This document shows positions 25,295 to 30,466 of a stretch of 30,466 nucleotides of DNA, in pieces. The stretch covers positions 1 through 30,466 of the forward strand of contig JAHEEY010000001.1 in the NCBI GenBank assembly GCA_024640485.1. The letters are read 5' to 3'. Under the pieces are notes generated by a model. It had not been told where the DNA came from. It saw only the letters and a program-made list of their open reading frames with translations, and searched no databases. This stretch comes from Chloroflexota bacterium. GTDB lineage: Bacteria > Chloroflexota > Anaerolineae > Promineifilales > Promineifilaceae. Every line of letters starts with the position of its first letter. Positions within the stretch are counted from its first letter, which is position 1. The position numbers were made by a program, and so were the translations under genes.

Positions 25295-25654
25295 CTATTT
25301 GTCGTCCAACAGCTCGGCGATTCTCTCTTCCAACCTGTCGAGGTCCCAGCTGCCCTGATCATGAATAATGGAGCGCAGCATCGGGTCTACTTCGCTGATG
25401 GTGTCCAGAATGTCACCTAGCAGCTGCTGTTGTTCTATGACTCGAGTGATTTCATTCGGGGATGAGACCATGTCGCGAAGAATGGCTCCATCTGAGCGCG
25501 ATGCGATGAAAGGTTGGCTGATGCCTTCAACATAAACGTGGGTGCGCTGACCCGGTCCGCGACCCTCATCGATAGGCGCCAGCCCCACAATCCTGTCTGA
25601 CCTGAAATATTTGCCGTAGCCTAGAGCTACCATCTCGCCAGTTGCGACTCTCAT
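25295..25654 (-). CDS. Hypothetical protein, N-terminus weakly reminiscent of RemA/DUF370
   Basis: GGAGGAG SD before ATG 25654; MVALGYGKYFRSDRIVGL...FIASRS; helical C-terminus. Confidence 0.7.
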   Translation of the reverse strand: MRVATGEMVALGYGKYFRSDRIVGLAPIDEGRGPGQRTHVYVEGISQPFIASRSDGAILRDMVSSPNEITRVIEQQQLLGDILDTISEVDPMLRSIIHDQGSWDLDRLEERIAELLDDK

Positions 25655-25805
25655 CTCATCTCCTCCAGTTGCGAGATATTGCTCCCTGATGAATGAATAT
25701 CTCACGGAAAAATCGCCTTCGAACCATTAAATTGACGAAACGTTGGGCGGCTGGGATATTGAGCGGCCTGTTGGCCGCTGGTCTAGAGCGGCTGTCTAGA
25801 CCGGC

Positions 25806-27230
25806 TTAATTGCTGTCACCCGATGAAGCTGCCGGAATAAAGGTCTTGTACACCCGTGGGGCGTAGATAACATTATCGGATGTAAGGGTCTGCCCATGTT
25901 TGCCGCCTAAGGCAAAGATGCGCACTTCTACGCTGGCGACGCCCAGATCTGACCAGGTTGAAAACTCTGAGAGCTCCGGGGTGTTGACTACCTGCCAGGT
26001 CTGGGTGTTGGGATCATATACTTCACTGTACAGGATCTCATCCGTTTCATTGGCGCCGCCGATGACATAGAGCTTGTTGAGGACGGTCGCCGCTCCGGCA
26101 CCGGACCGAGGCAGCAGCATGTCGGGGCAGCTGCTCCAGGTTAGTGTGGATGTGTCGAAACGATTGCAGGAGGAGAGATCCGCCTCGCCGTTGCGCCCAC
26201 CGACCACATAAAGCTGTCCCGTGACCGCTTTGCCGGCGGCGAAGGCCGCCGGGTGAGGCATCGACGGCAGCGGCCGCCAGCTGTCTGCGCCAACATCATA
26301 GACAAAATTGGTGTCTAGGAAACCACTCTCATCCCATCCGCCGAATAGATATAAGAAGCTGCCGTCGGAGATGGCCAGCCCACCGGCAATTGGCTGAGGG
26401 ATAGCGGTAACGGCACGCCAGGCATCATTGGCAGGGCTGTACACTTCCACAACATTGGTGGGGGTACCATCCGCGGCCCGCCCACCGGGGACGTAGATCT
26501 CGCCAAATAGGACGGCTGCGGAAGCGTCGGCAACGACGGTGGGTTTGGAGGCGGCCTGGCGCCAGCTCTGGGTGGTGGTATCGAACACGTTAACGGTGCC
26601 AACGACGCCATCTGCTGTTTCACCGCCAATCTGATAAACATTGACGCCTACAGCGGCTGCCGCCATATGGGCAACGGCCAAGGGCAAAGGGCGGCTTTGG
26701 AACCAATCGCTGTCCCCAAGGCGCGTTTCTTGGAACAGCTCCGGGGTCGCTTCCGGCCCCGGCTTGAGGGCGCGCTGGCCGAATCCGAACCACAGAGCGG
26801 CGACCACTGCGATCGTCAGCACGGCTGTCGCGGCTGCTGTTCGCCAACTGAAGGGACGGGCTGCCGGCGGCACCGATATGAGATCCGAGGTGGTTTCGGC
26901 TGGGGACGTCGGCTCATCTTCCAACTGTTCTTCAGGCTCTTCGGACGCGGGGAGCGGCAGTTCAGGGCTGTCCGGCACTACAGCAGCTGTAGAAGGGGAA
27001 GCAGCTGCATCTTCGCTGGCGATGATGATCAGGCGCTGCTGGAGAGCCGTTGTCGTCGCTTCGGTTCGCGAAGAAGCCCCCAGCTTGCTAAAGATATTGC
27101 GCAGGTGGACCTTTACGGTGTTCTGGCTGATCAGCAGGCTGGCGGCGATTTCTTTGTTGGAAGCGCCTTCAGCAACACATTGCAGCACTTCCAATTCACG
27201 TTGACTGAGAGAGTCACCAAGTTCAGGCAT
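25806..27230 (-). CDS. LuxR-type HTH - transmembrane - Kelch-repeat beta-propeller protein
   Basis: LSQRELEVL...GASNKEIA..L.IS.NTVKVHLRNIFSKLG..SRTEA; hydrophobic segment AAATAVLTIAVVAALWFGF; six GG...W Kelch repeats. Confidence 0.9.
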   Translation of the reverse strand: MPELGDSLSQRELEVLQCVAEGASNKEIAASLLISQNTVKVHLRNIFSKLGASSRTEATTTALQQRLIIIASEDAAASPSTAAVVPDSPELPLPASEEPEEQLEDEPTSPAETTSDLISVPPAARPFSWRTAAATAVLTIAVVAALWFGFGQRALKPGPEATPELFQETRLGDSDWFQSRPLPLAVAHMAAAAVGVNVYQIGGETADGVVGTVNVFDTTTQSWRQAASKPTVVADASAAVLFGEIYVPGGRAADGTPTNVVEVYSPANDAWRAVTAIPQPIAGGLAISDGSFLYLFGGWDESGFLDTNFVYDVGADSWRPLPSMPHPAAFAAGKAVTGQLYVVGGRNGEADLSSCNRFDTSTLTWSSCPDMLLPRSGAGAATVLNKLYVIGGANETDEILYSEVYDPNTQTWQVVNTPELSEFSTWSDLGVASVEVRIFALGGKHGQTLTSDNVIYAPRVYKTFIPAASSGDSN

Positions 27231-27237
27231 CGGTTTG

Positions 27238-27266
27238 ATTATAACTAGGCAGGAATTATCGGTCGA
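27238..27266 (-). promoter_or_regulatory. Promoter of the LuxR-Kelch gene, probably leaderless
   Basis: TCGACC-N17-TATAAT on the minus strand, 7 nt before the ATG at 27230; no SD. Confidence 0.6.
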
Positions 27267-27332
27267 AAAGCCGCCGGAAACCGAGTCTTTCAGAGGCAGC
27301 CTTTACTGGGCCATGTAATATGCGTTGATTCA

Positions 27333-28424
27333 CTATGGTATTGGCACCGGCTCAAATGGCGACGGAAGCGTGTAGGTGCCGCTGATGGGTAGGGTGCTGG
27401 TAATCGGCAGGCTGCTGGGCTCTGTCGGTGTGGGCGTCGGTGTGGCGGTCAAACACGCTTCCCTGGCTTCGGTCAGTTTTTCGCTCAGGAGCTGGCTTTG
27501 ACCATGTTGGCTCGCTTCTTGATAGAGCGGTTCGGCAGGGCACCAATCCATGCCGTTGGCGTACTGGTCGCCATAGGCGATCAGCGCTTCATGAAGACGC
27601 TGGCAGGAAGATTGGTAGAAGGGGGCCGCCAGGCATAGGTCGCGGAAATAGTAGGTTGTGGCCCCCCAGTTAACATTGTAGAAGGCGATACCCTGCAGAT
27701 ACAACTCCGCCCAAATGCGGTAGTCTGTTACTTCTGCCGGCAAATCGCCCAGCCCCTCCGCCTGGTCCAGATACGATAATCCTAACTCCACCTGTTCCCC
27801 TCCGAGGAACTGCAGACCCAAACCGATATACGCTTCATACAGCATCTGGTCGGTTTCGTTTCGTTCGTAGTTTGGATATTGCCATTGGAAAGAGACCAGC
27901 GCGGGTACCGCCTCATCCCAGCTCTCATCGGCGACCAGCTGTCGCAGGCGATGGAGTTCGCTGTTGGGATCCTCGATCGGTTCAGCGGATGGAGTTGGTG
28001 AAGGGATTGGGGTGGCAACCGGCGATGGCGTGATGGCGGCAGGCGGGGTAAGCAAGGTGTTGAGGTGACCCTGCGCCTCTTGGAACAGTGACTGTGCCTC
28101 AGCTTTATCAGGCGCCCGTTCCAGAACCCATTCCAACCGTCGCAGCGCCAGCGCGAAACTGCCTTTGTCGATATCTTCTCTGGCCAGGTCAATCTGCCGC
28201 TCAATCTGCTGTACGAATTCGGTTTCGCGCTTTTCCATTAAGCTTGATTGACCGCTGTGCCATCCCAGATAGAAGACAGCCAGATACCAGGCTAACAGCA
28301 AAGATAGGCTGAGCAAGAGGATCCCCAGACCACGTCTGAGCCGGCGGGAACGGGGCGCATCCGCGGGCGCATCATCAGGGCTATCGTTTTGCGGATTCTC
28401 TGTTGGTGGTAACAGGTCACTCAT
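27333..28424 (-). CDS. Single-pass membrane protein with TPR-like helical repeats and Pro/Thr-rich tracts
   Basis: TM GLGILLLSLSLLLAWYLAVFYLGW; ALRRLEWVLERAPDKAEA-type helices; TPSPVATPIPSPTP and TATPTPTPT tracts. Confidence 0.75.
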   Translation of the reverse strand: MSDLLPPTENPQNDSPDDAPADAPRSRRLRRGLGILLLSLSLLLAWYLAVFYLGWHSGQSSLMEKRETEFVQQIERQIDLAREDIDKGSFALALRRLEWVLERAPDKAEAQSLFQEAQGHLNTLLTPPAAITPSPVATPIPSPTPSAEPIEDPNSELHRLRQLVADESWDEAVPALVSFQWQYPNYERNETDQMLYEAYIGLGLQFLGGEQVELGLSYLDQAEGLGDLPAEVTDYRIWAELYLQGIAFYNVNWGATTYYFRDLCLAAPFYQSSCQRLHEALIAYGDQYANGMDWCPAEPLYQEASQHGQSQLLSEKLTEAREACLTATPTPTPTEPSSLPITSTLPISGTYTLPSPFEPVPIP

Positions 28425-28546
28425 AATTGTATTGAGATAAATAGAGCGCCGCTTCTTGCAAGGGTCGGACGAACGGCTTTCTGGGATTCACCAGGCCGAA
28501 GGATTCTGGCCGAAGCGCCACAGGCTAATCTGCCTCAAGTATACCT

Positions 28547-29653
28547 TCAGTTGGCGGTCATGTCTCGATATACCGAAACCGTCTGAGCGGCGATTTGGGC
28601 CTGGGTGTATTGATTCAAGACCCGTTGCCGGCCCTTGCGGCCCAGTTCGTCGCGCAGGGTGTCCGACCGCATCAGCCGCAGCAAATGGTCGTGAAGGGCA
28701 TCGACGTCATCTTCTGGAAAAACTAATCCGGCAGGGCCGATGACGTTGGGGATTTCACCGCTTTGGGAGCCGATCACCACAACCTCGGTCGCCATCGCTT
28801 CGATCAGCACTCTTCCGAACTGCTCTTTCCAATTGGGCAGAGTGCGTGACGCCAAGACCAGGGCATCCATGCCCTGCAGGTAGGCGGGCATCTGAGCCGA
28901 GCTGATGGCGCCGTCAAAATGGACCCGATCGAGAATGCCCAACTGCCGGGCAAGCTGTTCCAGCTGGAGCCGAATGGGGCCTTCGCCGGCGATATGTACC
29001 TGCCAGATGCCAGGCAGCTTGGCGGCAGCTTTTAGGAGTATGTCGATCCCTTTTTCCGGAACCAGGCGCCGGTTGGCGGAGCCGATGACGAACCCTCGGC
29101 CGGGATCCCTTCGCTGAGGTGGATGAAACATATCTGGATTGACCCCAAATTGGGGGATCACTTGATAAGGCCCTTGGTACCCTTTGTTCTTCCACACCCC
29201 CACCGATTCTTGATTACCCATAATGGCGTAGTCTACATGGGATAGTACTTGCTTTTCCATCCAGCTGAAAGGGAAGGGGTATCGCCGCTGCAGATTCTGC
29301 CAGCTGAAAAACAATGTCTTGGCACCCACCGACTGGGCCTGGCGCATCGCCATCCAGGTCGCCAGATTATAGGGTTCTTCATCGATGTGGAGGATGTCAG
29401 GCTTGAATTCCAAAAGCCGCCGTTTCAGCCCGGGGTAATAGTGGAAATGGAATTGGCCGTTAAAGCGGATGGGTTCTGCAAGCAGGTGGTATCCCGTGGT
29501 ATGGCTCCGCTCCAGCTCAATCGCCCCCGTGGGGTCGTCCCAGGAAGGGGGGACCACCACCACCAATTCGACGTCATCGAATCGGGCGATTTCCTCAAGT
29601 TTGGTTTGATAGGACCCGACTAGGCAGGCCTTGGAAAGCATTAAAATGCGCAT
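28547..29653 (-). CDS. Glycosyltransferase family 4 (GT-B fold)
   Basis: MRILMLSK, KPDILHIDEEP, EKGIDILL and EQFGRVLIEAMA (E-x7-E). Start placed at ATG 29653. Confidence 0.92.
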   Translation of the reverse strand: MRILMLSKACLVGSYQTKLEEIARFDDVELVVVVPPSWDDPTGAIELERSHTTGYHLLAEPIRFNGQFHFHYYPGLKRRLLEFKPDILHIDEEPYNLATWMAMRQAQSVGAKTLFFSWQNLQRRYPFPFSWMEKQVLSHVDYAIMGNQESVGVWKNKGYQGPYQVIPQFGVNPDMFHPPQRRDPGRGFVIGSANRRLVPEKGIDILLKAAAKLPGIWQVHIAGEGPIRLQLEQLARQLGILDRVHFDGAISSAQMPAYLQGMDALVLASRTLPNWKEQFGRVLIEAMATEVVVIGSQSGEIPNVIGPAGLVFPEDDVDALHDHLLRLMRSDTLRDELGRKGRQRVLNQYTQAQIAAQTVSVYRDMTAN

Positions 29654-29763
29654 AAATGGCGTTGGTTGGATTGCGAAAAACTCGATTACAATTCGATGAC
29701 GTTTGGCTCCCGGGCTAGTCATCGGCAACCATCAATGCCTGCTCACACACTCCTTTGTGAACA

Positions 29764-29791
29764 TTGACACAGAGGTCTATTTTGCTATACT
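29764..29791 (+). promoter_or_regulatory. Strong sigma70-type promoter of the GT39-like gene
   Basis: TTGACA-N16-TATACT with an extended TG. Confidence 0.7.
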
Positions 29792-29833
29792 TGCCCTGGT
29801 TTGACAACTTTGCGTCAGGATAGGAAATCAATT

Positions 29834-30466
29834 GTGCAGCAACGCAGCGGCCCAGCCCATTTGGGGTGGGCTTTGTTACTTTTAGCCATATTGATGGCGG
29901 CTTTTCTGCGGTTCTGGCAGTTGGGCGAACTGCCTCCTGGCCTCTACCGAGATGAAGCGTATAACGGCCTGGATGCCCTTGATGTTCTGCAAGGGAAGCA
30001 CTCGCTATTTTTCACGGCCAACAACGGCCGAGAACCAGCCTACATCTACCTGACCGCTCTCTCCCTCTCAATCTTTGGTCGCTCCCCGCTGGCGGTACGC
30101 CTGGGGGCGGCTGTCATCGGCACTTTGACAACCTGGGTGACTTACCGGCTGGCTGCCGTCTGGTTTGGCCGGCGGGCAGGCCTGTTAACAGCCTGGATGT
30201 GGGCGGTCACCTTGTGGCCGGTTCACCTCAGCCGTATCGGCCTGCGCTCGATCATGATGGTCCCGTTTCTGGCGGCGACCTTTTGGTTGGGAACGCGTGC
30301 CTATCAAGAGCGAGACAAGCCCTGGCTGTGGTTCTTTGCGGGCCTTGTCTACGGGGCCAGCTTCTATACCTATCTGGCAGTTCGGTTTACGCCGCTGCTG
30401 CTGCTCCTAATCGGCGGTTATCTGCTGTGGCGAGGCCGGCTGCGTCAAGTGTGGCCAGGTGTGCTC
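29834..30466 (+). CDS. GT39/ArnT-like polyprenyl-phosphate-sugar glycosyltransferase, 3'-truncated by the window edge
   Basis: Translated by hand: GTG...FLRFWQLGELPPGLYRDEAYNGLDA...ANNGREP...AVRL...HLSRIGLR...FYTY; DE motif; polytopic hydrophobic protein. Confidence 0.85.
   Translation, partial: MQQRSGPAHLGWALLLLAILMAAFLRFWQLGELPPGLYRDEAYNGLDALDVLQGKHSLFFTANNGREPAYIYLTALSLSIFGRSPLAVRLGAAVIGTLTTWVTYRLAAVWFGRRAGLLTAWMWAVTLWPVHLSRIGLRSIMMVPFLAATFWLGTRAYQERDKPWLWFFAGLVYGASFYTYLAVRFTPLLLLLIGGYLLWRGRLRQVWPGVL

Noticed and set aside
25763-25802. Two tandem GC-rich hairpins after the LuxR-Kelch stop
   Set aside because: No U-tract on either strand, so it cannot be supported as an intrinsic terminator.

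Overview
Gene-dense 30.5 kb bacterial chromosomal window. The gene content (multiheme cytochromes, Pro/Thr-rich membrane proteins, GT39-type glycosyltransferase) suggests Chloroflexota/Anaerolineae, which is inference only. No CRISPR array, transposase, integrase or rRNA was found. The left part is housekeeping and miscellaneous: M20 peptidase (partial), HIT, CHAD, glutaredoxin-like protein, lspA, methyltransferase, ASCH, an orphan ABC ATPase and a tRNA-Phe/Gly/Cys cluster. Three modules stand out. (1) 7929-18174: a catalytically degenerate ABC-ATPase/LytTR fusion sits directly upstream of three 9-bp direct repeats at 21-bp period and a promoter for a paralogous intact ABC ATPase. Two permeases, an APH-like kinase, a beta-lactamase-family lipoprotein and a second ABC-2 exporter follow. 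(2) 18266-25257, minus strand: a putative sulfur-oxyanion respiration operon. It comprises an ArsR regulator with a 30-bp palindromic operator, an octaheme tetrathionate-reductase-family cytochrome, an OTR-paralogous heptaheme cytochrome fused to cytochrome b, and a split YeeE transporter whose second half carries a Cys-less rhodanese domain and a SoxY-like GGCG tail. (3) 25806-27230: a LuxR-HTH/transmembrane/Kelch-propeller one-component regulator. All calls come from reading motifs by eye; no database searches were run.
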